From Selaginella moellendorffii (lineage: Eukaryota; Plantae; Lycopodiophyta), in NCBI RefSeq assembly GCF_000143415.4, contig NW_003314291.1, positions 294,674 to 358,673 on the forward strand: DNA of 64,000 nt, in the 5' to 3' direction. A program made the position numbers and the translations under genes. The notes below the pieces were generated by a model, which was not told the DNA's origin, did no database searches, and saw nothing but the letters and a program-made list of their open reading frames with translations. Below, in pieces: positions 12,148-26,100 of this stretch (positions are counted from its first letter, which is position 1; every line of letters starts with the position of its first letter).

Positions 12148-14006
12148 CTAAAGAGGAACACCGTACTTATAGTCTTTTGGATTCTTCGTGAGCAGCAGGC
12201 CCAATTTGATCGCTCCAGCAGCCACTTTGTCATAGTCGACTCTAAGAGACGAGTCCTCTAGGTTTGCGTGCTGTGTTTGCTCTAGCAAGCCGGTCAGCCA
12301 CTTCGTTTTCTCATCCTCGTCCAGAAAGTGTCGTGGCTCTTCTGCAAAGCCAAAGAAAGATTAACACAACACTAAGCATTCTGCACTCACCTCGGGCCAT
12401 GTTCAAGACGATCATCATGTAAAGCTTTACAATGCGAAGCACCTGTAGTAACATTTACATAAACAACACTAGAAAGAGAAAATATCAGATTACCGTTTGC
12501 ATTTTGTCGCTGGAGGTGTTCGAGTATTTCAGATCGAAAGACATCCTATCGGCAGAACTATAGAAGTCCTGCCGCATCAGTTTGAATTCCTCCAACGCCT
12601 CCTGGTCGTCTCCTTGCCATGAACGTCCGAGGCGTATCTTGGCGGTTCGTAGTACCTTCGACATCTACATTGCACACGAAATAAGAAAACAGAAAGGGAG
12701 AGAGAACAAGAAAAAAAACAAGGAACAAACCCTTTTTCTACTGCCTGTACTCAAGGCCGTCCGAAACAGAACTCTACACACTTTGGCCAGCTGAACAATG
12801 TTGAGAGAATACAGTATGTCACAGAAAACATCCCCTTCCAGAGATCTGCCTATGCCTGAATGCGTCTCAAGCACGTCCAGGATCAGCTGCTCATAACACA
12901 CTTGTCAGATCTATCAAGTGTCGAATGCAAAATCACACTCACATTCAGAGGCGGAACGACCATCTCATGGTCGTCAACTTGAACGCCATTCTGAAAAATC
13001 TTTTGCAGAAAAAGCAACCACTCGTGCACGTGCACACGGCGAAGAGGCGAGCCTTGCTGCCTGTCATAAGGACCTTCAACGAGACCTTGTGCGAGACGGA
13101 TCATATCTGTCGTCCCAGGCAGTGAAGAAGCTGCTGCAGCTTGTGTGTGGACAACGTCAACAAAGCCTGCGCTAGTCAACACCAGTCAACAGGCAGCAGC
13201 AGACTTCTTGATTACCTTGTAGCGCCAATCCAGTGCGAACAAACGACGTCCTGTATTCGCCCAACCATTTGTCCAGCTTGCACCGCTTTAGATACTTCAC
13301 TACCAAGCAGAAAGTGATTTTTACTTCAGGAGAAAAGTAGACAACAGGTACCTAAGTCCTTGAGCTCCATGTGAGCACTCAGGTGTCGAAGTCGCAAAAC
13401 TTCTTCGCACCTGGAACCACGGATAGTACCTACAATGGCCTTGAATGAACCAAGAAAAGTCAGTGCAGCACAACATAAACTAAAGACATTACCGTCAGCA
13501 CCCAGTTGTAAGCCTCCCACAGCGGGTGCTGCGATTGATTACAGCGTCAGAGGCAGCCAAAATTTTGAAGCATGAAAAGACATCGCACATACGCTACAGT
13601 GATGTTGCAGCTCCCCGCAAAAACGTATGAGTGTATCCAAGAGATGCTCTGCGAACGGAGTCTTTTTGTCATTGTCCCACAGCTCAACACAAGCATTCAG
13701 TAGACAACACAGAACAGAGAGAACTTCTTGCGTGTATTCTAGGCACTCCCGAGCAGACCACAACCATCGTCATCACCACGGACCAGCCTACTTCATGTCC
13801 GCGGTGCCATCGTGCATCCCCTACATCACCACCAAGGAAGATAAACGCGTAGCATCTTCGTAAAAAATCGCATCACCAAGCTCCTGTATGTATGCGCTAT
13901 CAGGATGATTGACTACCAAAAGCATGCCAACCTTATAAATTGAAACTTCCCTCCTCTTGGATGTTGGATGCTCATCCTCCTCCGCGTTGCGCTTCTTGCT
14001 CTCCAT
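12148..14006 (-). pseudogene. Multi-exon uncharacterised gene, probably disrupted in exon 1
   Basis: ATG MESKKRNAEEDE.., then about 9 exon-like blocks with ~50-nt GT-AG introns ending ..KYGVPL*. In-frame stops or frameshift near 13790-13823. Confidence 0.45.
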
Positions 14007-14166
14007 GGCCGATATGCCCTAATTCCCGAACCCTACCACCTTTTCAATTGGTCACTACAGAGGGTACAAAGAGAGGAAGAGAGGAAATGGAATAAAAAAA
14101 ACTACTACTCTCCGCTATATATCCCCATACTGCCAGTGTACGAATCTGGCGTACACCTTGACTCTG

Positions 14167-14510
14167 TCAGATGGAAAAACTAGCTCCCACTGGACATAGA
14201 GCCTCCAACTCTGCTTGAGAGATCCATGTATCAGTTTCCTGCCAGCAAACAAGGAAGCAAGGAACTTCCTGATGCCGTAATTGGTGTAGGATCCGTTCTG
14301 GAGCCAAGAGTTGCTTGTGACTGCTGGAAGCGGGACTGTTGCAGAAGGCGGAATCAAGTCCGAAAGGCATCATGCAGCTTCGTTGAGGTTGGCATTTTTG
14401 CCACTTAATTGAACCTAGCTTCTCCCGAGGTGAAAAACGGACATAAGCGTGGTCGCCAACAGCAAACGTCCTTGGAGACTTGTGACAATCAGCAAAACAT
14501 TTCATGCTAG
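14167..14510 (-). mobile_element. Ty3/gypsy (chromovirus-type) integrase C-terminus plus chromodomain relic
   Basis: KCFADCHKSPRTFAVGDHAYVR (post-core integrase module), then PERILHQLRHQEVPCFLVCWQETDTWISQAEL (chromodomain-like). Confidence 0.7.
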
Positions 14511-14826
14511 TCAAATGTTGCTGGACAAGCCTAAGTAGGTCCTTTTTGTCCCTGACAGAACCACTTCTCGGATTTTGGAGTTAGGAGGACAGAATCTAAA
14601 TTGGTCGATCTTGCGCTTGATCGTTGTGTTGAGCTGGAAAAAAAAAAAGAAAAAAAGAGAGGCCTCCATTGTCATTTTCAAAAACTGGAATTCATCTTGC
14701 CTCAACTTCCATGGTTACGGTCTGTGAGGGACATCCACTTGAAGCCACATTTGTAACTTATTGACGAACTGAAAGAATTCATCGGGAAAACAATCCTTCG
14801 TAACTCTGAAAAGCGTACCGTTATGT

Positions 14827-17800
14827 TCACGCGACACGCAGGGTCCTTTTGTAGTCCTGGAACGAGCCGTGAAATGGCGATACTTTTCCTTCTGTCACAA
14901 CCCAGAGCTCGTCCACGCTTCCGGATATCAGGTGCTCGTCATGGCTCACCTGTTGTAAAAAATCATTAGAAAAAACAAACACAATGTTCTCCTACCATTA
15001 AAACTCCTCCCTGAAAGAGTGCTAGGCCTTGTATGAGTGCTTCCACGGCGTCAAGGTCCTATAAGCATGCAAACGGCAATATCAAGATAGTGTTGGAAGA
15101 CAATAGCAGATTCTTACAAGGTGATTCGAAGGCTCATCCAGTAAAAGAATGTGTGGTTTGTTGAATGTGATTTTTGCAAAAGCGACACGACTCTTTTGCC
15201 CACCTGTATAAAAACTTTTAGTCAAGGAAACAAGAACTTCAAATGTTACCTGATAGAGTATACATGGCTTGAAGCGCCAGGTTTCCCGAGAGACCAAACG
15301 AACCCAAGTGAGCGCGAATCTTCTGCTCTGGAGCACCCTGTACCAATGAACGGTCATAAACTGATAACACACGCAAGACGAGTAGCAGGGACACTTACAG
15401 GGAAACAACGTGACATGTAGAGGAGAGGCGTTGATGAAAGGTCAAGGCCGTCTACATGGTGCTGACTAAAAACAGCCATGCGCACCTGGACAATGGCCAC
15501 CTAAGAATGGTTATACAAATCTTCCAGGAGTACCTTTGGAGACCGAAAGACAGTTCCAGACACAGGCTCCAATTCACCAGAGATCAGCTTCAGCAGTGTT
15601 GACTTCCCAATACCATTAGCACCAACAACTGAAATATCAAACGTTAGAGCCCAATGTTACCAGCGGGATAACATTACCAGCTAGGCGACTGTCCAAGTCG
15701 AGGCCAAAGTTCAGGTTTCTAAACAGGACTGGACCTCCTGGATATCCAAATGACGCATCACTGTAGAACATTTTTTAAGTCAAACACAACACAAGTCATA
15801 GATTAGTTACCTGAAGCTAATTATGGAGCCGGATGGTCGATCGTCTGGAGTTGGGAACTCAAACTTGTAGCTGGAAAAAAAGAAAACCATATTAGAAGCA
15901 AACTTAATGAGCACAAAACATACTCTGGATCATTCACAACAGCATCCACGTATCCAATCCGATCCAAGGCCTAAAAATCCACACAAATATAAGAGAAAAT
16001 CGTGACGAAGGCATGGGCTTACTTTGATTCTTGACTGAACCAGCGACGCACGTTTTGCGTTGTATCTAAACTTGTCCACAAATGCCTGCAAATAGGCACG
16101 AGCGGTTACAATCGGTCAAATGAATGTCAAGAAAGGCAAACCTGGATGTGCGCTCGAGTACGCTCATTCGATTCGTGTGCCTTCTGTTGATTTGATAGAC
16201 GTTCTGCGCGCGTCCGCTCAAACGTGTCATAATCTCCTTTGTAAGTGACTAACTTTTGCCCGTGCAAATGTAGTATATCTGTCACCACCTGTGCTACCAG
16301 CTCGATAGATTTCGAAACATATTCAAACATACCGCATTGAGAAAGTTTCGAGCATGCGACACAACGATAAGTGTCTTTGGCCACTTCAAAAGATACGTCT
16401 CTAACCACAATACTGCGTGTAGGTCCAAATGATTCTGCAGGTATTGATTTTAAGACAAAGCAAGATAAGTCTGTTACCGTACCGTGGGTTCATCGAGCAG
16501 TAGAAGGTCGGGCTGTATAAACAATGCCCTTGCCAACGCAATCCGCATGCGCCAGCCTCCAGAGAAAGTCTTAGTTTCTCGAACTTGCATATCGGACGTA
16601 AAGCTCAAACCCTGCAACAGTTTTTCAGGACCGAGAATTTGGAAAAAGAATTCCTACTTACAGCTAATATAGAAGCGGCACGAGATTCGGCCGTGTAAGC
16701 GTCTATTTGTTCCAGCCTCTTGTAAATCTGAGCAAGCCTTTCAGAAGCTGCATCTTTGGAACTTGAAGTATCGTTTGCACTTTTCTGGGAAGAGCAATTA
16801 ATCAATAAGACAGAAAAAAGAGCTAAAACTGTTGACTTGCACCTTTGCATCAACCAGGCTCGCCTCCTCTTCGAGCAACTGGGTACGTTCAATATCGGTG
16901 CTCAAGACGCACTGCAGAACTGTCGTAGAGCTTCCGACCACCTCTTGCTCGACATGTAAGATCTGACAATTCTTTGGTAGTCCATCGATAGCATGCATTG
17001 CCATGTGCTTGAGAAGCGTGGTTTTTCCGGTCCCGTTTCTCCCAACAAGACCTTAAGCCACACCACTCAATCAATCCGAGCTATGGAACACGAAACGAAA
17101 ATGCTCACCATATCTTCTACCATAAGCAAGCGTGACAGAGGCACTGTTGATGAGCTCCCTTCCGCCCATAGAGATGCTAAAGTTCTCCATCCTTATATCT
17201 TTCGGTACGCTGGCATCTCCGTCCGTGTTGTGAGTTACGTAAAGACCAGCCATCCCAGCAGCTGCGGCATCCGCTGCAGCAACATGCGCTTCATAGTCTG
17301 CCTGTTTATCACAAGAGAAATGAAAGGTGCTAGAAAAGAAAGAAGAAACAAGCCACAAACCCGTCTCTGGCGTTCTTCTTTTTTCCTCCTCCTCTCGAGC
17401 TTTGCCTGGTCGCGCTCGGAGATTTGCGGGAGAAGATCCTCGTGGTGTGCTGTGCCCGCAGCCTCGGAGCTACGGAGACCCTCTGACATGCGCACCGGAG
17501 CAGCCAGACTTCGCACCGATAGTTTGTTCTCGTCAATACTTCCTCGGTAGAATTTCTCAGCGAGCTTCTTGCAAACCTGGAACACAAAGCACCAAAAAAA
17601 ATTCTATAATCAGTACATGAAAAATTCCATCCCTTGACTACTTACTCCAACACTCACAACTTCTCCAATTCATTCTTCCTAATAAAATTTCTAGCTGCGC
17701 AATTTCTGTCACTCGTTCTAGATCCTAGGAGCAGGGCAGAAGCACATACCCATCGCGCTTCAGCATCGTCGGCCACGCACTCGGCCTCGACGAGCAGCGG

Positions 17801-17965
17801 GCCGAGCGCCTCGTACGCATTCTCGCCCGACTTGCCGAAATCGAAGGTGTCGTCCTGGAGCACATTGATGATGTAGTCGACGATGATCGAATCGACGTCC
17901 GCGTCGCGAATGCGCCTCCCAATGAGCGCCAAAACCTCCCCCTTGACGCTGCCGTCTATCCCCAT
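14827..17965 (-). CDS. ABCF3: ABC transporter F family member 3 (GCN20-like), many exons
   Basis: [18 protein letters not shown]-terminus, [42 protein letters not shown], a second [42 protein letters not shown], ending ..DYKRTLRVA*. Confidence 0.95.
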
Positions 17966-18145
17966 CACTCCCAAAGCCCTAAAGATTTTAGATCAAGGGG
18001 ATAAAAGGTTAGAAAGGCTAAGTTTAGTTTAAGTTGGTTTAAAAGCTAATAAAGCATAGTTTAAGTGGAGGATTCGTCATCTCGAGAACTTTTCTTTGTA
18101 ATAAACGCTCGACTTGGTATATGAAAGGTCTTAAGCATTTTTTGC

Positions 18146-21100
18146 CTAGAAGAACATCATCGTTTCTTTAGATGCGAGAAGCTTTTGTGCTCGTTGAGTT
18201 CCCACGATTCTCTCGAGCTGGAGAGAATTACGAATCAGTAGCGGAGAAGAGAAGAGAGAAAAGCTTACTTGCAGTTTGTCGAATTTGGAGTAAATTACAG
18301 TACAGGAAGGATTCTGTCCGCCGCCAAGCATATTGACCATCTGTAAAAGGATATGAAAACCGGATCGATCGCAAACGAGCTGGTACCTCGGAGTAGAAGT
18401 TTGCGTGATCCGGTAGTGAGTAGAATATCAGTTCGCGTATGCCCCGTATCTGCAAGGATAGCTCTGATGTACTACCAGGCAATGAAAACTTCACGGGAGC
18501 TTACTTGGTAGCGGTGGTAGAAATGTGCACGCTCAGTGTACAGCATGATTCTTCTTTGGCCGTGGAAAAACCAGGTTCGTGACCGGGAAACATCGCTTGA
18601 TTTTGTATACCTGCGTAGAATTGTTACAAAAATAGATCGGGATTTGGGTACTTGTTAATGCTCACTCTCCCAGGAGACAAAAGGATGCACTTTCGGCCTT
18701 GAGAAAGTTTCGGAGCCGTACGAAGTCAAAATAAGAACGAACAAACAGCATGGTTCCTCCCTGTAAAAGGAAAATTGGTCGATCGTTTAACGTGAACTAA
18801 CGTGACTGACCTGCAATGACTCCTTGATCCTTGGAAAGAGCTGCAAGATCATGCTAAAGTCAGCACAGATTTTTGCCAGCGAGTTAGCAGCGTGTGAAGA
18901 ACCTGTTTTGTAAAAAACTCGAATCTTGCGTCATCGACGTCTGTAATTGATTCACACTGCACACGTTCATACACCTGCGGGAAAAAAGTTGAAACCACAG
19001 AAAAGTAGAAAAGCTCGAGACTGACCTGACGAACTTGCAACATTATATTTGAAAGCACGCCATCGTAACGACATTGTAACTTGGCCTGAAGCTTAAAAGA
19101 TCAGCACGTGAGAACGGGCATCGCGAAATACCTTGCCCGTATGATTGACACACTGCCGAAAAAACAAAGCATTGATAGCTGCAACAGATCGTTTCAAGAG
19201 ATTGTTCGCTATCAAAGACGACACTATTACCTGCATCAGGATATGATGAAAGAAAAATCGTTTGACGAAAATATCGTGCATGACCATCCAAGTACCTTGT
19301 AGCGAATAAAATGTAAGACGAACTAGCAAGTCATAGCGACTCACCATTCGCGAATTCTCATTATGTCAGTATCATGCTGCTTTGAAGGCATCTTGTTTAT
19401 GTGATCAAACAACGACACAACGTGTGACCAGTTCTGTCAAACCAGACCATTTCAGAGAAAATGAAAGTTTTAAAATAAAGAACATACCTGCATCATTATT
19501 ACATCCGCAAAATCTATGACCAAAATTTCTATGGAAGACAAAAAGTCGATGTTTTTACTGGTATCAGCTTTTGCTTCTTGAATGCTCTGCACATCATGCT
19601 CAGTACTTAGCACTTGGAGGATGCCAAACTTACAGTAGTTAGACCGAGAGGTGATGCAAGTATTATATCTGACGATAAGAAGTCGCTGTAAAGTTTGACC
19701 GCTTTTCTGCAACGCAGGACTCTTTAGTTTAGGACAACTTTTACCTTCTAACCTCGTAAATTTTATTCCAATCCTGAAATGATCGTCATTGTTCCCATCG
19801 AATATAAACTTAAAATCTGCTGGTTTTGAGGCTTGCTTATCGTCTTTGTCTTCTTCACCCAAACCAAAATCATCGAAAAACCGTTGCTTGAAATCAACGG
19901 TAGCCTGTAAGTGACCCGTTAATGAACTGTGCACGATGAAACGTTAATTTGCACCTTTTGTGTTGGAGGAGCCAATGCTAGAAGACGCTTCACAAGCTTC
20001 AGTGCTAAGTTTCTCATGGGCAACAATACGAGAACCTGCAAACATCTCAATATTATGGAGAAGACATGCATTGCGAAATGAACAACCTTGGGACGAGTGA
20101 ATCCTTGATCTCGAGGACTGTCAAAAACACCAGTAGGTTCACGATTATGCAACTTGTCGTTGTTCTTGCTGACCAGATCTTTTGTTTTCAAAACATGGTT
20201 TATCTGGTCACAAATAATTGCCGCATCAGATTCACACCGATAGTAATTACGTACGATATGAAGAAGACAGGCATCCATCGTTTCAGAAGACAATTTCTTC
20301 CCTCCTTTCCTTGTGTGTAAAATATCGTAGTAACTGTTGCCTGTAAGAAAGAAACCACAGGTAACGGAGAATAATATAAGAATCAGCCACTTACACAAAG
20401 AATAAAATTGACACTGGTGTTCACTTTGAAAATCCCCAAACTTTCGCTTCGCCACATTCTCCCATTGTCTTCGCAACCTTGCTTTGACATTGTAATGGGA
20501 GAGTTTACTTTCCGCCTACAAGATGTCGTGACTGTAAAACTCTAGGGCACGAAAATAGCTGTACCTTGGGAAACTTTTCCTTGTTGACAATCCATTTCGA
20601 ATTCAAAAAGCCCGAAGCAATATGTTCCACATGCACTTTGGACTTGGCGCTATCAAGCTCAGCAATTTCTCCTTCTCCCAGTGTGTAATCTAAGTGCACT
20701 TTGAATTCGCTATAAAGTTAAAAAGCAAAGCCACAATGAAATCAAATATCAGCAGCTAGAATTCAAAGCGTTACATACTCGACAGTGCTTGTGTCCAGAT
20801 CCTCGTCATCCACTTGCTCCTCTAGAATTTCGTCACCATCGTCATCCTGCCTTTCACCATCAGACTGATCTGGCTCGGTATCTGCGACAAAACGTGAGAA
20901 AGCTTCCAAAACAAAGAGAAGCTAGCAACCTTCTTTGTTCGAAAGTCCACCATTTCTCTCGGTATCAGCATTTGGCACATCGTCACTGCTATGGTCCCTC
21001 TCCTCCGTTTGAAAACCACAAGTTTGTCCACCCCTACCACACGACTTTAGCGTCGCGATAAGCGTGCTGTATGCCGCAGCCGCATCCAACGCTTCCGAGG

Positions 21101-21324
21101 TAGAGGGACTTGGATCTAGGAACGTTTGGACTGTTCTAGGGATGAAACACGACAAAAGGATGTCTTACCTCGCACGTCGTCACGAGAGAGATCCCGAGAG
21201 ACAATCCGATCTACAAATTTTCGGCTCAATGCGCGGCATTCTCAATCGAGAAGAAATCCTTACCTCCAGCCGCAGCCGCTGCTGCTGCCGTCACGGCGCC
21301 ATTGCGCTTGCGCTTGAGCGCCAT
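18146..21324 (-). CDS. UTP25: U3 snoRNA-associated protein 25 / DEF (Arabidopsis NOF1-like), many exons
   Basis: NHVLKT..RDQGFTRPKV, LVLLPMRN, FDGNNDDHFRIGIKFT, DFLSSIEILVIDFADVIMMQ, GIRELIFYSLP..NFYSE, LQLERIVGTQRA. Start MALKRKR at 21324. Confidence 0.93.
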
Positions 21325-21336
21325 CGCGCTCGCCTA

Positions 21337-21351
21337 AAACCCTAAACCCTA
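21337..21351. promoter_or_regulatory. Two overlapping telo-boxes (AAACCCTA) just upstream of UTP25
   Basis: AAACCCTAAACCCTA. Telo-boxes are typical of plant ribosome-biogenesis and translation genes. Confidence 0.6.
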
Positions 21352-21549
21352 GAATGGAGAACTTCGTTTTAAACTGGCATACGTTTATTTCTAGTTTCGA
21401 TCTAGTATCATTTTGGAGGGAAAGTCACAGAGCTCCAATTCTCTCGCATGAAAATCACAGAGTTCCAATCTTCTCGCGAGCAAATCCTTGAAGCTTGATA
21501 GTTCCAAAGACCACCCTGGAAATCCTTGTTCTTCGAAGGACACTCCTCT

Positions 21550-22824
21550 CTATAAAACATCTCCTGGAAAGACCACTGTACTCCACTTCTCGCTCGTGAA
21601 TCCCAGCTCCTCCTCGGAGAACTGGTGTGGAGGAGCTCCCACGAGGATGGAATTCCTCGACGATGGTTTGTGACCCACGAACAGCGTGAGGTGGCCTAGC
21701 AGCTTGTCCTTGCGCGAGAAGCTCGTCCCGCAAGAACACATCCACTTCTCGCGGCCGCAGTGCTTCTCGTGCGTCCGCAGATCCGCCACCACCGAGAACT
21801 TCTTGCTCCGGCACTTGCTGCAAGTGAGCATCTTCGGGCAGTGCGATCGCCGGTAGTGGTTCTTGACGCAAAGAACAGTCTTGAGCGGCGAGAACTTTGG
21901 ATGGAGCTTGTGGCGCTTGCAGCCCTCGAACGGGCACGAGTAGCGCTTGCTCCGGCTGGCCTGGACGAGCTGTTGTTGGATCAAATGCCTGGGCTTGGAC
22001 AGCGCCGCCGCGGTCTTGTACTCGTCGCCGTGGCCTCTCATATGCATGCGCAAGTTGGCGTCGCGCTTGAATCCTTTGCCGCAGATCTCGCAGAAGTGCG
22101 TGTGCTCGGCGAGGATCTCCATCGCGTCCAGCTCGATGAGATCGTAGGAGCCGGGCGGTAGCGTTTCGTTCTCCTCCTCGAGCTCTTCCTTGCGAGGATC
22201 GCCACCGCTGGGAGCGACGTTCCAGGCCGCTGGAGCGAGAGTTTCTTCCTCGTCCTCGTTGAGGTCTGTGAGATATGCCATGAACTCGTCCGTGTCTTGG
22301 CCTTCTTCCAGCTTTGGAGCGCTCAGCTGCTGCTGCTCTCGATCGCGATCCTTCTCGAGATCATCGAAGACGATGTCAAGGCCGAATTTTTCCGTGAGAG
22401 ATGGCGTGCTGCTGTCGCTGCTGCTGCTGCTGCTCCCAGTTCCAAACAGTGATGAACAGTGAAAGCCCTCGTCCTTCTTGATCGCTCCAGTTGGAGCTTT
22501 TACGTCCTTGCTTTCCTCCTCGCCATCTTTGAGCTCCAGGATGCCCTCCATGAACCGATCGAGCAGCTTCTCGATCTCTCGCAGCTGCTGCTGGCTTGAA
22601 TTGTCGGGCCGCGATGCCAGCTGCATCGCCACCGCCTGGAGGTAGCCAATCTTCTCGAAGAGAGTCGGGCAGCCAGCGCTGGAACGCCGGGGGCTCACCG
22701 AAGGACTCATTGGAGGATTGGATGTGGAAGGTGTGACCCTTCGCGGAGGAGAAAGAGGAGACGTATCAAACGCTTCCACTCCCAGACCCAAGAGAGAATC
22801 CTCACAGTAAGAAGAAGACTCCAT
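21550..22824 (-). CDS. STOP1: STOP1-like C2H2 zinc-finger transcription factor, intronless
   Basis: [98 protein letters not shown]. Confidence 0.93.
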   Translation of the reverse strand: MESSSYCEDSLLGLGVEAFDTSPLSPPRRVTPSTSNPPMSPSVSPRRSSAGCPTLFEKIGYLQAVAMQLASRPDNSSQQQLREIEKLLDRFMEGILELKDGEEESKDVKAPTGAIKKDEGFHCSSLFGTGSSSSSSDSSTPSLTEKFGLDIVFDDLEKDRDREQQQLSAPKLEEGQDTDEFMAYLTDLNEDEEETLAPAAWNVAPSGGDPRKEELEEENETLPPGSYDLIELDAMEILAEHTHFCEICGKGFKRDANLRMHMRGHGDEYKTAAALSKPRHLIQQQLVQASRSKRYSCPFEGCKRHKLHPKFSPLKTVLCVKNHYRRSHCPKMLTCSKCRSKKFSVVADLRTHEKHCGREKWMCSCGTSFSRKDKLLGHLTLFVGHKPSSRNSILVGAPPHQFSEEELGFTSEKWSTVVFPGDVL

Positions 22825-23074
22825 CTCCCCAGAGCTCCTTAGAAGACAGTGAAGTAAGAGGAAGACCCCGTATCACTGGATCTAAGGAGCTAAAGTCTGT
22901 ACTGAGCAAGATGGGAAGCTACTCACTGTGCTTCGGTCGAAATTTGTCGCAAAGCATCTCAAGAAAAATTGCTCTCTCGCCGCCACAGAGAGCCATCCAA
23001 ATCACCGAATTAAGGCACGACGCTGCCCGATCGGATAGCGCTTTGACCTGCGATCGCTCCGATCCAAATCCGAT

Positions 23075-23109
23075 AAACCCTAAAATATTTGGGGAGAAAT
23101 TTTAGGGTT
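23075..23109. promoter_or_regulatory. Telo-box pair (AAACCCTA / TAGGGTT) in the 293-bp STOP1-APC5 divergent gap
   Basis: AAACCCTA at 23075-23082 and TTTAGGGTT at 23101-23109. Confidence 0.5.
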
Positions 23110-23117
23110 CATGAGGA

Positions 23118-26100
23118 ATGGCAGCGGGATTTGTCTTGACGCCCCACAAGCTCTCGATGTGCGTGCTTCTCCAGCTCTACGCGGCGCCGCCCGCGCTCAC
23201 GCCTCCATTCCCTCTGCCGGCGGCGGTGCGGCATCAGCTGGCGCTGTTCCTGCTCGGATTGGCCAAGGTAAGCACTGCGATCCAAAACGAGAATGCGGCA
23301 ATCCTAGACGCAGGCCTGCGATGGATTCTTGGAGCCGACGCTCGAGGACCTGGGAATGCAGCTCAAGGAGTGCCTTGGCAGCATTGGCGAGGTGATTGCC
23401 GAGCAGCTGGCGAGTCGATTGCTGGGATTTTCATCGCCGGAGGACTTGTTTACCTTTGTTGTGCTGGGACTGAGAGGTAAGCTATTTGTTTGCAAAGTTC
23501 TTGCGGTTTAAATAGAGATGTTCCAGAGATTGTTGTCCCGGCTCCATACACAGTTCCTGAGCGCGGTGGTGGCAACGAAGATTCATTGCTGGTAGAACAC
23601 AATAGCCCGCTGGGACAGTTCTTGCGAAGATGCATCTTGTCATTCAACATTCTATCCTTCGAGGTATGTTCTTTTCTCTTTTTTTACTTTTATGTTCTTT
23701 TATGTTTTATGTTCTTTACTTTTTTTTAGAGTTAGATGGATCTTCACTCGGTTGATTTTCTTACTGTAGATCTAGTTGGATCTTACGCTGACTGCTTTTC
23801 TGTTTTTTTCGTGTTTCCAGGGAACGTGCCGACTTCTAGCTGAGCTTGATGCATATCGTCGGCCGGCTTTAAGTATTGGTGATGGAAACATTGTTGCAAA
23901 AGATTCCTTGTCTTGCCAGCAAGCAGAAGGTGATGATGATGAAGACGAAGAAGAAGATCGGCTAGAAGACGATGAAGACGAAAATGTCATCGCCTCCGTG
24001 ACACCCGTTCACGGCAGGGAAAGACATGGAAATGGTCGGCGGGCATTCGGAGTTCCATTGATTCCGACTGAAGGTAAGGTCAATGGATCTTTTTGTCCCA
24101 GCTAACTTGAGCGACTGCAGGAAGTGAAGAGCTGGAACTGCAAGAGTTCACGGACATGCAGGAGCTCGAAGGTTTTGGTGCAAACCATGTGGGAAACGGT
24201 GGAGGTGTTCGAGACGGTGGGTTTGCATTTGCATTTGGTGATGCTGCAAGCAGGGGCGAGCATGCAACACAGGGTAGTTTTCTGCGGACATATGGTCAGG
24301 TTGAAGCTTTCATGAAAGACCAAGCCATACTTATAGCCAAGTAAGTTTTCAAGAGTCCTATTAGTTTTTTAGTGGTTCGCTTACTTCCTTTCTTAGAGAA
24401 CTTGGAACAACGAACAAAGTAGATCTGGACACTAAGCTCAATCTTATAGAAAACTTGGCTCCCGAGATGCACCGGGTACGCGTCGCTTTTATACCGTTGA
24501 CAGGTTTTGTAAAACGTGTTGAGCAGGTCCACTATCTTCAGTATCTTAACTCTATTCACCATGGAGACTATCCAGCTGCCATGAGCAGACTCCATCAGTA
24601 CTTTGATTATAGGTAGGGCCTGCGACGTGTTTCACTTGATCTTAATCTTAATATTCTTTTATTTTAGTGCGGGACGAGGAAACATCGCACCCGGCATCGA
24701 CGCAAGTGTCGGAAGATTCCAAGCTGGCCTTCTCACTCTTGGATCTATGCACGCACACTTTGGTCACGTCACTCAAGCGTTACAGGCAAGTGTTTGTTAA
24801 GAGTCCTGAATGTATTGAACTGTGTTTTGTTTGCATGCAGGCTCTCAGTGAAACTGTTCGCATTGCTCAACAAGTACAAGTTTTCTGCTCTCAGAATCCA
24901 TCTAACTTTCTCCATGCAGAATAACGATGATGCTTGTCTTGCGCATTCTTTGGCTGCTTTGTGCCACTTACTATCGGAAGTGGGTGTTGCTGCCGAAGTT
25001 ACAAAGGCTGGTGCAATCGGCGACTTTGATCGTAGTATTGGTCCACAGCTCGCTGCTCAGCAGCATCTGCTTCTTTCTTTAAAGCGGTGCTTAAAACGAG
25101 CATTAGAGCTGAAACTTCCCAATCTAGTTGCATTCAGTCGCTTGGCTTTAGCGAAGTTTGATCTCCAGGTAATCAGAATATCAGGTTTAGTACATATTTA
25201 TTGATGATTGAAGATGATATGCTGCGTAGCATGTTCGCAGGTTGCCTCTGATCGGAGGGCTGAGAAGCTCCGAACAACTTGGGACATCGCCAGTTGATGT
25301 TTGCAAGGTAATACTTTGGATTAGTTATATTAGCTAACGTGTTTCTTCCAGACTCTCAGAATCAGTCCATATCTTCTAGGCGACCTGGTGCACAGTATGT
25401 CGTCATCCGGGTCGCAGCGGATCACTTCTGGGGCTTTCGGTCAAGCACCTGGAATGCCCGGAAACACTCAAACAGGAAGGCTGGGACCTTTGTCAGAATC
25501 ACTGTTGAAGCTGGCTGGATCCTCGTATCTTCTTCGATCTTGTTCGTGGGAGTTGTATGGCAGGTATGTCGTTTGTTTTGTTTGTCTGTACATCGTTCTG
25601 AAACTCTTTTATACAAGCGATCCGATGATGCGCGCGAGTACCTTGGTTCATGCGTACTGCTACTCCAAATCCGCAAGGTTTGGCCGTGGATTACGCTTGA
25701 GTGGAAATGTTTTTCCAACTCTTGTTCTGTCCAGTGCAGATGATTTATCGGTAGCCTATGTAAAGCTTGCCCATCATTTAGCAGCTCATAAGGGATATAG
25801 AGGTATCATTAAGCTTTCACCTTGGCCTTTTACGTAAAAGTTTTGCTGTTTCAGTCGCTTTAACTGCGCTGGAGCAAGCAATGAAGAAGTTTCCACTTCA
25901 TGCTAGATCTTCTCTGCGATCAGTTCAACTTCAATTTATTCATAGTCAGGCTATTAACCGGTATGTTTAGAATAAACCTTCTTTGTGATGTTTCTGACTC
26001 ATCAAACCTGCAGTGGAAATACCAGGCTTGCATGGGTAGCATGCTCCGAGCTTGCGGCAATGGCTTCGCCAGTCCTAGGCGTTGACATGGAACTAAAGTT

